DNA of 64,000 nt from an uncultured Veillonellaceae bacterium (GCA_963805085.1 CAWDTA010000005.1:128001-192000), one strand, 5' to 3'. Shown: positions 1-9,619, numbered from the stretch's first letter. The notes: a model not told the origin generated them from the letters alone. Translations and numbers: made by a program.

Positions 1-348
1 TTAAGTTATATATATCAAGAGAAGCTTTGTATTGGCTTATCGGGAAACCCGTTTGCAGCGTTAGCTACTTTTGAATTATTGGTGCGTCCAGTATTGGCAA
101 AGTTAAGTCGTCATCATGAGATACAGTATAAGCGTGTCAAAGCTGTATTGCAGAATGATTTTCCCAAGAAAAGTCTGGGACGAAGATTTATTCGTGCGAC
201 GTATGCTGAAGGAAAAGTGTATTTAGAGGCAAACAATCATTCGTCAGGCTCTTTGTTTTCAGCGGTTGGCTGTAATGCCTTTGTTGATATTCCGCCAGGA
301 ACACCAGAGCTTATGCATGGGGCAGAAGTAGAAGTGGTGATTTTATAA
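1..348 (+). CDS. moeA: Molybdopterin molybdenumtransferase MoeA, C-terminal part (5' end outside window)
   Basis: Frame open from base 1: ...IGLSGNPFAALATFELLVRP..., then RRFIRA and SSGSLFSAVGCNAFV, typical of MoeA domains III/IV; lies next to moaA. Confidence 0.85.
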   Translation, partial: LSYIYQEKLCIGLSGNPFAALATFELLVRPVLAKLSRHHEIQYKRVKAVLQNDFPKKSLGRRFIRATYAEGKVYLEANNHSSGSLFSAVGCNAFVDIPPGTPELMHGAEVEVVIL

Positions 349-381
349 ATCATATAATAGATTAAGTACTGCAGAGAAAGA

Positions 382-1356
382 GTGAATATTATGCTTGATC
401 AATTTGGACGAACAATAGATTATATAAGAATTTCAGTGACGGATCGCTGTAATTTGCGCTGTTCATATTGTATGCCGGAAAAAGAGGTAGAGCAATTTCA
501 GTGCAAAGATTTATTATCCTATGAAGAAATTATTCGGTTATGTCATGTATTTGCTTTGCTTGGTATAAAAAAAATTAAATTAACGGGTGGAGAACCGTTG
601 GTTCGACTCGATATATGTAAACTCATTGCTACGATTAAGGGGATTGCTGGAATCGAGCAGGTCACCGGTGTGTTGCTTTCAGCTATGGCAGAGGATTTAA
701 TCAATGCGGGAATCGATGGCATTAATATTAGTCTAGACACGGTTAAAAAAGAAAATTTCAAACAATTGACGCGGCGAAATCATTTGGAGCAAGTGCTACA
801 GGGCATTTGTAAATTAGTGCAAATGAAATATGAAAAAATTAAAATAAATTGTGTACCAATTACTGAGGTGAATGGTGATCAAATTGCTTACATTGCATCG
901 CTTGCGAAAGAGTATCCTATTGCGGTTCGGTTTATTGAACTTATGCCAATTGGTATGGCAACAGGCTATACGGCAATTAACAAAGTGACACTTTTGCAGA
1001 TCATTCATAAAGCATATGGTGAATTAATTCCATGGAATGGTAATTTGGGCAATGGACCAGCAACGTATTTTTCAGCACGAGGATTTCGAGGGAAAATTGG
1101 CTTTATCGAAGCATTACATAATAAATTTTGCGGTCAATGCAATCGGGTTCGATTGACATCGAATGGGTTTTTGAAATTATGTTTGCAATATGATATGGGG
1201 ATAGATTTAAGACACCTCTTAAGAAATAATGCCGATGATACATATATTAGAAGAATAATCGAAAAAAATATATTTTCAAAACCTCGTGAACATCATTTCA
1301 ACGATAATACAATCACACAAATAGATCAACGTAAGATGTTTCAAGTAGGTGGCTAG
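382..1356 (+). CDS. moaA: GTP 3',8-cyclase MoaA (radical SAM); lacks the conserved TTN of TTNG, possibly defective
   Basis: RISVTDRCNLRCSYC, LTGGEP, NISLD, RFIELMP, FCGQCNRVRLTSNGFLKLCL and C-terminal GG. Confidence 0.92.
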   Translation: MNIMLDQFGRTIDYIRISVTDRCNLRCSYCMPEKEVEQFQCKDLLSYEEIIRLCHVFALLGIKKIKLTGGEPLVRLDICKLIATIKGIAGIEQVTGVLLSAMAEDLINAGIDGINISLDTVKKENFKQLTRRNHLEQVLQGICKLVQMKYEKIKINCVPITEVNGDQIAYIASLAKEYPIAVRFIELMPIGMATGYTAINKVTLLQIIHKAYGELIPWNGNLGNGPATYFSARGFRGKIGFIEALHNKFCGQCNRVRLTSNGFLKLCLQYDMGIDLRHLLRNNADDTYIRRIIEKNIFSKPREHHFNDNTITQIDQRKMFQVGG

Positions 1357-1363
1357 GAGGAGT

Positions 1364-1486
1364 GAAATTTACAAGACGATGGGGGACTGCATTATGCCGC
1401 GTGAAGGGATTTTTGTAAAAATACTTCATGGAGGGGTCATTTCTGCTGAGGATCAATTATACGTTTTGGAACCAAAATGTATTTAA
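1364..1486 (+). pseudogene. C-terminal remnant of a MOSC-domain protein
   Basis: EIYKTMGDCIMPREGIFVKILHGGVISAEDQL...stop matches the GDCIMPREGIF end of Moco-cluster MOSC proteins; sits right after the moaA stop and an RBS, N-terminus missing. Confidence 0.75.
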
Positions 1487-1582
1487 AAAGTAGGACTCTG
1501 AAATGGAATAAATAATTAAAACATAGTTTAGATAGAGTTTGTTAGGTGCTGTTTGAACTTTTTTTATTTATTATAGAAGCTT

Positions 1583-1620
1583 AAAAACAAGGGAAAAACA
1601 AGGGGAAAACAAGGGGAAAA
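1583..1620 (+). repeat. 3.5 x 11-bp tandem repeat (RAAAACAAGGG)
   Basis: aaaaacaaggg-aaaaacaaggg-gaaaacaaggg-gaaaa read directly. Confidence 0.85.
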
Positions 1621-1765
1621 TGGCTTTTTTATCATCTTGGGTGTAGTTACAAGATATATATTCCAAAATTTTAGTATACAAATTTACATAAATATATTAT
1701 AATGTAGGTGTCATCACAGTTGAGCTGTAAGATTTATCTCACATAATTAAATGGGGGGATCTTTT

Positions 1766-2005
1766 GTGGCAATAAAGAGCATTGAAATGGACCGTAAGGA
1801 TAGTAGTAGCTATCGTAATCTTTTGAAAAGGGGAGGTTTCATTTCCGCAAGTTATTTATCAGTCAGTGGTTTTGATGCATGTAGATTAAAGAAACTTGCC
1901 CAACAAGGCAAGCTAGATGCAGTCCGTTGTGCTATCGGTAATTCGGTTAGATGGTATTATTGTGAGAAACAAGCTGAGTTGGCTCATTTACGTGGTGAAG
2001 TTTAA
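1766..2005 (+). CDS. Small hypothetical protein, possibly Xis/MerR-like winged-helix DNA-binding
   Basis: GTG start after GGGGGA; RLKKLAQQGKLDAVRC..GNSVRWYY resembles HTH_17/excisionase wing; terminator-like hairpin at ~2050-2080. Confidence 0.6.
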   Translation: MAIKSIEMDRKDSSSYRNLLKRGGFISASYLSVSGFDACRLKKLAQQGKLDAVRCAIGNSVRWYYCEKQAELAHLRGEV

Positions 2006-2175
2006 AATAAAAAAATATATGCTGAAAAAGGCAATTAAATGATTATAATGGAATCGGCTTTGGTCGGTTCTACTTTTTTTTACTAGATTTTTCATGTCAT
2101 ATAGCGTAAAATAATGTAAATTATTATGTTTATTATTTTTCGAATTTTGAACATAATAAGCATAATGATTCGATT

Positions 2176-3363
2176 ATGGAGGTAATTGTGAAAGGTCCAT
2201 CAATTCAAATTTTATTGTTAGCATCCTTGTTTATTATCGTTGTTTCTTATCTTTCTATTACATTAGCGATGCGCTTATTCCCAGTTTATCGAACGATAAA
2301 GTTAAAAAAGATATATTGGCTTTTAAACGTGTTAGCTTTTGCTGGTTTTGTGATTGTTCGAGGCATATTCGATACGTATTCTTTTTCTGGGATCATAGTG
2401 GAGCTCATTATTGCTTGGTTTATGGCGCAGTTATTTGCGCTACTCTTGTTACCGTTTTATTTTTTCATCAAGAAAGCTGTTTTAAAATATTTTAATACAG
2501 AAACGGTGGAGGTAGATATGACAAGACGTAGGTTAATTAAAGGAATTGCGATTTCATTGCCACTGGCTTCAATTGGGCTGAGTACTTATGGAGCTTTTTA
2601 TGGTAGTAAGCAGGTGGAAATATTGAAGCATACGATTATTTTACCTGATTTAGATACCACGTTAGAAAATTTCAAGATAGCACAAATTAGTGATGTTCAT
2701 CTGGGCTTATTTTTTTCAGTGCATAAATTCAGGAAGATTTTAGAGCGAGTTAAAGGAGAAAGTCCCGATGTTCTGGTTATCACGGGTGACCTTATTGATG
2801 AGGTTAGGATGCTAGATCAAACTGTAGCGCTGCTTAATGAATATGCGCCAGCTTTTCCGAAAGGCATTTATTTTTCGTGGGGAAATCATGAGTATTTTAA
2901 AAATTTTACGGCAATTAAAGCGGCGCTAGAAGCAAGTAAAGTAAAAGTATTAACAAATACGAATGAGTTACTGGTTGAAGCCAAGAAACCACTGTATTTA
3001 CTTGGCGTAGATTACCCTTGGACGGATCAAGCACAAGAACAGATTGAAAAATGTAAAGAGATGACAGCAGAAGCGATGCAAAATGTACCAGCTGGAGCTA
3101 CGAAGGTACTGCTTAGTCATCATCCGGCCTGTATTGATGCCGCTTATGAAAATGGCATTGATCTTACCTTAACAGGTCATACCCATGGTGGACAAGTTGC
3201 GGTTATGGGACAAACCTTATTGCCAGTACGTTATAAGTATATGCGTGGTATGTACAGAACCAATCATCGCTATGGATATGTCAGCACGGGCGCTGGTAGT
3301 TGGTTCCCATTTCGTATCGGATGTCCAGCTGAAGTTACGATTTTTACCTTGAAAACAAAATAG
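2176..3363 (+). CDS. Membrane-anchored calcineurin-like metallophosphoesterase (YkuE/YaeI family)
   Basis: SDVHLG, TGDLID, GNHE, LSHHP, GHTHGGQ motifs; N-terminal TM segments; internal TRRRLIK. Confidence 0.9.
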   Translation: MEVIVKGPSIQILLLASLFIIVVSYLSITLAMRLFPVYRTIKLKKIYWLLNVLAFAGFVIVRGIFDTYSFSGIIVELIIAWFMAQLFALLLLPFYFFIKKAVLKYFNTETVEVDMTRRRLIKGIAISLPLASIGLSTYGAFYGSKQVEILKHTIILPDLDTTLENFKIAQISDVHLGLFFSVHKFRKILERVKGESPDVLVITGDLIDEVRMLDQTVALLNEYAPAFPKGIYFSWGNHEYFKNFTAIKAALEASKVKVLTNTNELLVEAKKPLYLLGVDYPWTDQAQEQIEKCKEMTAEAMQNVPAGATKVLLSHHPACIDAAYENGIDLTLTGHTHGGQVAVMGQTLLPVRYKYMRGMYRTNHRYGYVSTGAGSWFPFRIGCPAEVTIFTLKTK

Positions 3364-3371
3364 AGAGAAGA

Positions 3372-3851
3372 ATGATGATGTCGATAGAAAGCGTAAAAGC
3401 ATATTTAAAACAATGGGATATGGATGGTAAGGTGCTAGAGTTCGCTAAGTCGAGCGCAACGGTGGACCTCGCGGCAGAGGCAGCTGGCGTTATCCCAGCA
3501 CGAATTGCAAAAACGATTTCATTTCAAGATGGTGAGGACGGTTGTATTTTAATCGCGACGGCAGGGGATACAAAAGTCGATAATGCTAAGTTTAAAGCCA
3601 AATTTGGCATAAAGGCAAAGATGCTAAAAGCAGAACAGGTAGTAGAACTTACAGGACATGCTATCGGTGGTGTTTGTCCATTTGCTATCACAAATCCAGC
3701 GACAAGAATATTTACGGATGTTTCACTGAAAAGATTTGATACCGTATTTCCCGCTTGTGGTAGTAGTAATAGTGCGATTGAACTAACTTGTGATGAACTC
3801 TTCAAATATGCCCAAAGTAATGAATGGGTAGATGTTTGTAAGGATTGGTAA
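3372..3851 (+). CDS. YbaK/EbsC family aminoacyl-tRNA deacylase (YwhH-like)
   Basis: SSATVDLAA, IAKT, TGHAIGGVCPF, VFPACGS motifs. Confidence 0.9.
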   Translation: MMMSIESVKAYLKQWDMDGKVLEFAKSSATVDLAAEAAGVIPARIAKTISFQDGEDGCILIATAGDTKVDNAKFKAKFGIKAKMLKAEQVVELTGHAIGGVCPFAITNPATRIFTDVSLKRFDTVFPACGSSNSAIELTCDELFKYAQSNEWVDVCKDW

Positions 3852-3857
3852 TGCGAT

Positions 3858-3895
3858 AAAAAATGGAGCTATGTATTTTTCATAGTTCCATTTTT
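3858..3895. terminator. Bidirectional intrinsic terminator
   Basis: aaaaatggagctatg-loop-catagttccattttt with A/T tails on both sides. Confidence 0.75.
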
Positions 3896-3910
3896 AGGCT
3901 CACTTGCTTG

Positions 3911-4129
3911 TTAGAAATGATTGCCTCCGTAGGGGAGTGGGCGACAGACATATTTAGGGGAGCAGGTATAATAGTCGCGCCAACCATAGTACTGGCGCGG
4001 ACGACAGCCGAGTAGTGCGACGTCCGCTAGTGCAGCAATTGCGAAGGTTGGAGCGAAAGCAAGGCGACTATCCTGAGGAGGCATCGTATCTTCCCAGTCA
4101 ATAAATTCAGGGTCTTCATCGTATGGCAA
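3911..4129 (-). CDS. Putative 72-aa small protein reading through the palindromic element
   Basis: AGAAGGTGAG RBS just before TTG at 4129; acidic N-terminus LPYDEDPEFIDWED; ends just before a bidirectional terminator. Confidence 0.35.
   Translation of the reverse strand: MPYDEDPEFIDWEDTMPPQDSRLAFAPTFAIAALADVALLGCRPRQYYGWRDYYTCSPKYVCRPLPYGGNHF
3922..4083. repeat. GC-rich palindromic element or structured RNA (~160 nt)
   Basis: Nested inverted repeats tgcctcc/ggaggca, cagg/cctg, atagtcgc/gcgactat, ccaacc/ggttgg, cggacg/cgtccg in an AT-rich background. Confidence 0.7.
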
Positions 4130-4289
4130 TTTTCTCACCTTCTTATAATGTTTTAGTATTGCAAAAAATTTATGAGTTACGTTATTATATGCAGTTTGCA
4201 AGTCGGAGGAACCTGATAACGTTTGCAAGTAAAGTGACTTATGTTAAAATAATAATCAAATATGATTTTAATAATAAGGATGGTTGAAA

Positions 4290-5012
4290 ATGGAACATAG
4301 ATTAACCAGAACTGAGTTGCTACTAGGCAGCAATGGAATAGAAAAACTGAAAAATAGTAAGGTTATGATTTTCGGGGTTGGCGGTGTTGGGAGTTTTGTA
4401 GTAGAAGCACTGGCACGTTCAGGGATAGGACATTTGGTATTGGTAGATAAAGATGATATTTCGATTAGTAATGTCAATCGTCAGCTTCCAGCAACCACTT
4501 TAACGGTAGGAAAATCAAAAGTTGAAGTGATGCGTGAGCGCGTCCTTTCGATTGCACCGGAAATTGATATCGTAGTTAGGCAAGAGTTTTATTTGCCAGG
4601 TATGGCGGATGATTTTTTGAAGACAGATTTGGATTATGTTGTCGATGCGATTGATAATGTAACAGCAAAGCTTGATTTGGCTGTGCAAACCAAAGAACGC
4701 AATATTCCTATCATTAGCAGTATGGGGGCGGGAAATAAGCTTGACCCAACGCGGTTTGAAGTTGCCGATATCAAGAAAACTTCTGTTTGTCCGCTAGCAA
4801 AAGTGATGCGACGAGAATTGAAAAAGCGTGGTGTAGATTCCCTCAAGGTTGTTTATTCGAAAGAACAGCCGTTGATTCCAATGCTGAAGAATGAAAATGG
4901 CGAAATGGTGCAGGCTGATTGTCCAGGAAGTATCGCTTTTGTCCCATCCGTAGTAGGCTTGATTATAGCTAGTGAAGTAATAAAAGATATCGTTTTTGAT
5001 CGATTGAACTAA
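4290..5012 (+). CDS. tcdA: tRNA threonylcarbamoyladenosine dehydratase (ThiF family, TcdA/YrvM)
   Basis: GVGGVGS, SNVNRQ, DAID, SSMGAGNKLDP, CPLAKVMR, GSIAFVP. Confidence 0.92.
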   Translation: MEHRLTRTELLLGSNGIEKLKNSKVMIFGVGGVGSFVVEALARSGIGHLVLVDKDDISISNVNRQLPATTLTVGKSKVEVMRERVLSIAPEIDIVVRQEFYLPGMADDFLKTDLDYVVDAIDNVTAKLDLAVQTKERNIPIISSMGAGNKLDPTRFEVADIKKTSVCPLAKVMRRELKKRGVDSLKVVYSKEQPLIPMLKNENGEMVQADCPGSIAFVPSVVGLIIASEVIKDIVFDRLN

Positions 5013-5066
5013 TAAGACTAAGAGTTATTGCAATGTGATTAGGCAATAACTCTTAGTCTTATTTAT
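5012..5066 (+). terminator. Long perfect hairpin, probable terminator
   Basis: ataagactaagagttattgc / gcaataactcttagtcttat, 20-bp inverted repeat. Confidence 0.7.
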
Positions 5067-5269
5067 AGTCTTTTTAGATAGAATTTTTTGATATATGGAT
5101 TGCTTATGTGAGCTTTAGAATGCTAAGAATAAATTTTTCTTTTTAAAATAAAGATTGCGAAGAGCATAAAATAGTAATTAATTTATTTGGGTATACTGCA
5201 AATAATAGGTTGCAGTAGTATAATAATGCTAATATGAATTTACCGTAAGTTTTTAGGAGTTGAGCTTAT

Positions 5270-6019
5270 TTGGAAGAATTACTGCAGGATATGCTAATTT
5301 GGGTGGAAACATATATCAAAACGTTTTATACTGAAGACGAGGTTGTTCACAAGAATATCTTATTAAAAGAAGAACATACGAAGTATGTAGTAGAACATTC
5401 TCAGTCACTGGCAAAGGTGCTCAATTTTAATTATCATGATGAAATACTCGCGATGATGATTGGTTTGTTTCATGATATTGGGCGATTTAAGCAATATAGT
5501 ATTTACAAGACCTTTAATGACCGACGGTCAGAAAATCATGCATTGCTTGGTTTAAAGGAAATTGCAAATTTAGATTTGCTAAATAGGTTGAGTGATGAGG
5601 ATCGTGAGGCCTTTACGTTTGCCATTGCCAATCATAATGCGATTGAGATTGCTGAAACCAAGAATGAACGAGTGATCCTATTTGCAAAAGTGATTCGAGA
5701 TGCCGATAAATTAGATATTTATCGTGTACTGGAACCAACGTTAGAACCTTCTGATGGAACGGGGTATAGTGATAAGTTTATCCAAAGTTTCTTGAATGGT
5801 CAGCAATGTGATTACTCAGATATTAAAACTCAAGATGACCGGAAGTTAGTCAGGTTGCTCTGGATCTATAATATTTATTTTGCATGGACGATTCGCGAGA
5901 TTATTGCGCTTGGTTACGTGGAACAAATTTTAAGCTGTTTACCAAAAACAGATATTACACAACAAGGCATTGAAAAATTAGAAGCGTACATGTTAGAGAA
6001 GACAAAAGTGTCAGAATAG
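5270..6019 (+). CDS. HD-domain phosphohydrolase
   Basis: KEEHT...LFHDIGRF...NHA...IANHN...IRDADKLDI. Confidence 0.88.
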   Translation: MEELLQDMLIWVETYIKTFYTEDEVVHKNILLKEEHTKYVVEHSQSLAKVLNFNYHDEILAMMIGLFHDIGRFKQYSIYKTFNDRRSENHALLGLKEIANLDLLNRLSDEDREAFTFAIANHNAIEIAETKNERVILFAKVIRDADKLDIYRVLEPTLEPSDGTGYSDKFIQSFLNGQQCDYSDIKTQDDRKLVRLLWIYNIYFAWTIREIIALGYVEQILSCLPKTDITQQGIEKLEAYMLEKTKVSE

Positions 6020-6049
6020 ACGTCTTTTGCATTAAAAATCCAGTATTAA

Positions 6050-6076
6050 GCAGGAATATGTCATGAAAGAACGAAT
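6050..6076 (+). promoter_or_regulatory. Sigma-H-like promoter of glnS
   Basis: GCAGGAATA-N11-AACGAAT. Confidence 0.55.
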
Positions 6077-6176
6077 ATAAGCTATTTGTACTTAAAATTG
6101 AATAATTCATCAAGAGAATTATTTTTAAATTTAATATTTGCGAATGAAATAGATGAATAATGAAGGGGTAAGTTTT

Positions 6177-7853
6177 ATGTCAGAAAACAGTGTTATATCT
6201 TCAAATTTTATACAAAACATTATTGATGAAGATTTAAAAAATGGAAAATATAGCGAGGGGATTCACACTCGTTTTCCACCAGAGCCAAATGGCTATTTAC
6301 ATATTGGTCATGCGAAGTCAATTTGTTTAAACTTTGGCTTGGCGATTCATAACAATGGTGTTTGTAACTTGCGTTTCGATGATACAAATCCAACCAAAGA
6401 AGATGTGGAATATGTAGATTCTATTCAAGAGGATGTTAAATGGTTGGGATTTGATTGGGATGATAGAATGTTCTATGCATCTAATTATTTCCCGAAAATA
6501 TTTGATTTTACTCTTGCATTAATTAAAGCTGGTAAAGCTTATGTTTGTGATTTAAATGCGACTGAGATGCGTGAATATCGTGGAACTTTAACTGAGCCAG
6601 GCAAGAATAGCCCATATCGCGATCGCACGGTGGAAGAAAATTTAGATTTATTCACGCGGATGAAAAATGGTGAGTTTGCTGATGGTGCACGGATTCTAAG
6701 AGCGAAAATAGATATGGCATCACCGAATATCAATCTACGTGATCCTGCGATTTATCGTATTTCACATACGACACATCACAGCACAGGTGATGAATGGTGC
6801 ATTTATCCAATGTATGATTATGCACATCCAATTTCTGATGCAATTGAAGGTATTACACATTCCATTTGTACGTTAGAATTTGAAGACCATCGTCCGTTAT
6901 ACGATTGGACATTAGAAGCACTTGGTTTTGATGAAAATACTAGACCAAAACAAATTGAATTTGCTCGCTTGAATCTAACCAATAGTGTGATGAGTAAACG
7001 GAAGCTTAGAATGCTCGTGGAAGAAGGCGTGGTATCTGGTTGGGATGACCCTCGGATGCCGACGATTTCTGGCTTACGTCGTCGTGGTTATACGCCAGAA
7101 TCTATTCGTGATTTTTGCGAGCGGATTGGTGTGGCGAAAAGCAATAGTTTAGTTGATGTTGCGATGCTGGAACATTGTATTCGCGAAGATTTAAACGAAC
7201 GTGCGGATCGTGTGATGGCTGTATTAAATCCATTAAAGATCGTGTTGACAAATTATCCTGAAGACAAAGTAGAGTATGTCGTTGCTGAAAATCATCCACA
7301 TTCTACTGCAAAACGTAATATGCCGTTTAGTCGCGAAATATATATAGAGCAAGAAGATTTCATGGAAGAACCAATAAAGAAATTTTTCCGCTTAAAACCG
7401 GGTGGGGAAGTTCGTCTAAAACATGCTTACATTATCAAATGCGAAGAGGTCATTAAAGATGAAGCTGGTAATATCGTAGAACTTCATTGTACGTATGATG
7501 AAGATACGAAAAGCGGTAGTAAAACCAATAGTGGTCGTAAAGTCAAAGGCACACTGCATTGGGTTTCAGCGAAGCATGCGATTAAAGCGGAAGTTCGCTT
7601 ATATGACTATTTATTAGTAAATGAAGAAGAAGAAGAAAATGCCGATTTCATGAATTCTATCAACAAAAAATCCTTAGAAATAGTGGAGAACTGTATGGTA
7701 GAACCAAGTCTTGAATGGACAGCACTAGGAACTCGTTACCAATTCTTACGTCAAGGGTATTTCTGTGTAGATAAAGATTCAACAAAAGATAAATTGGTTT
7801 TTAATCGTGTGGTTGGTTTACGTGATTCTTGGGCGAAAGCAAAAAAAGATTGA
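6177..7853 (+). CDS. glnS: Glutamine--tRNA ligase
   Basis: [22 protein letters not shown]-terminal beta-barrel region ([18 protein letters not shown]); ATG 6177 follows RBS. Confidence 0.96.
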   Translation: MSENSVISSNFIQNIIDEDLKNGKYSEGIHTRFPPEPNGYLHIGHAKSICLNFGLAIHNNGVCNLRFDDTNPTKEDVEYVDSIQEDVKWLGFDWDDRMFYASNYFPKIFDFTLALIKAGKAYVCDLNATEMREYRGTLTEPGKNSPYRDRTVEENLDLFTRMKNGEFADGARILRAKIDMASPNINLRDPAIYRISHTTHHSTGDEWCIYPMYDYAHPISDAIEGITHSICTLEFEDHRPLYDWTLEALGFDENTRPKQIEFARLNLTNSVMSKRKLRMLVEEGVVSGWDDPRMPTISGLRRRGYTPESIRDFCERIGVAKSNSLVDVAMLEHCIREDLNERADRVMAVLNPLKIVLTNYPEDKVEYVVAENHPHSTAKRNMPFSREIYIEQEDFMEEPIKKFFRLKPGGEVRLKHAYIIKCEEVIKDEAGNIVELHCTYDEDTKSGSKTNSGRKVKGTLHWVSAKHAIKAEVRLYDYLLVNEEEEENADFMNSINKKSLEIVENCMVEPSLEWTALGTRYQFLRQGYFCVDKDSTKDKLVFNRVVGLRDSWAKAKKD

Positions 7854-7891
7854 TATAACCTTTGTTTATCATGAAAAGAGAGTGATAGAAT

Positions 7892-8221
7892 ATGGCGAAA
7901 ATACCAAAAAACTTAAGTGATAAGGCGATGGTGGTTGGGTTCAAGGAAGAAAAAAATTTTGAACATATGTTTTTAGCTGCTGAAGAAGAGGAACCGTTCG
8001 TTAAGCCTAAACCTAAACCTAAGGGTACAAATAAAGAAAAAGAAGATCTATCAACAGCCTTTCTAACAAAGGAATTGCAAGAGAAGATTGGGAAAGCTTT
8101 ATTAGAGTTAAAGCTAGAGCTGTATAAAGATGGCATGATTGACTATGATATCAAGGTAGCACGTGAAGGAAAACAAATCGTGCTTTCAGCAGTGCCGATT
8201 AAGAAAAAAGCAAGCAAATAG
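7892..8221 (+). CDS. Hypothetical protein (109 aa, PKPKPK linker)
   Basis: ORF with RBS directly after glnS; no family recognised. Confidence 0.75.
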   Translation: MAKIPKNLSDKAMVVGFKEEKNFEHMFLAAEEEEPFVKPKPKPKGTNKEKEDLSTAFLTKELQEKIGKALLELKLELYKDGMIDYDIKVAREGKQIVLSAVPIKKKASK

Positions 8222-8332
8222 ATCATTTTATGGCTGACTAATCTAGCATAACTGCTTCGATGATGTTAGCCATATTTTATACATAGGTTAATAGAAGAAA
8301 ATTGAAATCGCAGTTAGGGAGAGGTGAAGTGA

Positions 8333-9619
8333 GTGGAGAGTAATGCATTACTGGCAGTCGCCATTTTTGTCATTGCCTATGTTCTGATTGTATCGGAAAA
8401 AATTCATCGTACTGTGGTTGCCTTAACGGGTGCAATCACGATGATTTTACTTGGCATCTTAAGTCAAGAAACGGCGATTCAGCATATTGATTTTAATACG
8501 ATTGGTCTCTTAATTGGTATGATGATTATTGTGAATATAACAAGTGAAACCGGTCTTTTTAATTATTTAGCGATTTGGTCAGCAAAAAAAGTAAAAGGCG
8601 ATCCGATTAAAATTTTAGTGGTGTTTAGTTTACTTACGGCAGTTTGTTCGGCATTTTTAGATAATGTTACGACGGTATTATTGACGGTCCCAGTTACTTT
8701 TAGTATTGCTTCACAGTTAAAAATATCGCCAAAACCATTTTTGATTGCGCAAATTCTTTCTGCTAATATTGGTGGGACAGCTACATTGATTGGTGATCCA
8801 CCCAATATTATGATCGGCAGTGCAGTAAAAGAGTTAGATTTCATGGCTTTTTTAGTAAATCTTACTTTTATTTGTATCGTGATTGAGGCTGTTACTTTGC
8901 TGTTGTTAATGCTCATTTATCGTAATGAGTTACATACTACGGAAGATTTAAAAGCAAAAATAATGAATCTAACGGAAAAAAATCAAATTACCAATGCCAA
9001 ACTACTGAAAAAATGTTTAGTTGCTTTGGCAATTACCATTACTCTATTTACAATGCATAGTGTATTGCATTTAGAAACGGCTACGGCAGCATTAACTGGT
9101 GCGAGTATTTTGATGGCAATCACAATTGCTCGTGATGAAACACTGCTAACCAAAATATTTAGTAAAGTAGAATGGCTGGCAATTTTCTTTTTTGCGGGTC
9201 TCTTTATTTTAGTGGGCGCACTTGTAGAAACGGGTGTAATCAGGTTGGTTGCTGCCGAAGCGATGAAAATAACGCAAGGCAATGTAGCGGCTACGACGAT
9301 GTTGATTTTATGGATGAGTGCGATAGCATCTGCCTTTATTGACAATATCCCCTTTGTTGCAACGATGATTCCTATGATTAAAGAAATGAGCAGCATGGGG
9401 TTCACTAATTTAGAACCACTCTGGTGGGCGTTGTCCCTTGGCGCGTGCCTAGGGGGTAATGGTACGCTTATTGGTGCCAGTGCCAATGTCGTTGTTGCTA
9501 GTATGGCGGCTAAGCACGGTCACCAATTATCGTTTGTAAAATATATGTTAATTTGCTTTCCGCTTATGCTTGTATCAATCATTCTATCGAGTATTTATCT
9601 TTATCTACGATATTTATAA
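8333..9619 (+). CDS. ArsB/NhaD (IT superfamily) anion transporter
   Basis: SAFLDNVTT, ANIGGTATLIGDPPN, SAFIDNIPF, GGNGTLIGASAN; many TM segments. Confidence 0.9.
   Translation: MESNALLAVAIFVIAYVLIVSEKIHRTVVALTGAITMILLGILSQETAIQHIDFNTIGLLIGMMIIVNITSETGLFNYLAIWSAKKVKGDPIKILVVFSLLTAVCSAFLDNVTTVLLTVPVTFSIASQLKISPKPFLIAQILSANIGGTATLIGDPPNIMIGSAVKELDFMAFLVNLTFICIVIEAVTLLLLMLIYRNELHTTEDLKAKIMNLTEKNQITNAKLLKKCLVALAITITLFTMHSVLHLETATAALTGASILMAITIARDETLLTKIFSKVEWLAIFFFAGLFILVGALVETGVIRLVAAEAMKITQGNVAATTMLILWMSAIASAFIDNIPFVATMIPMIKEMSSMGFTNLEPLWWALSLGACLGGNGTLIGASANVVVASMAAKHGHQLSFVKYMLICFPLMLVSIILSSIYLYLRYL

Noticed and set aside
1583-1620. Short repeats (also 28930-28980) as a CRISPR array or replication iterons
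   Set aside because: Units are 10-11 bp without spacers; no cas or rep genes present.
3922-4083. Firm call as 6S RNA from synteny with tcdA
   Set aside because: No symmetric central bubble or recognisable 6S motifs; kept only as an alternative hypothesis.
4130-4228. N-terminal extension of the 105-aa minus-strand ORF in the track
   Set aside because: No RBS at 4228; the only good RBS precedes TTG at 4129.
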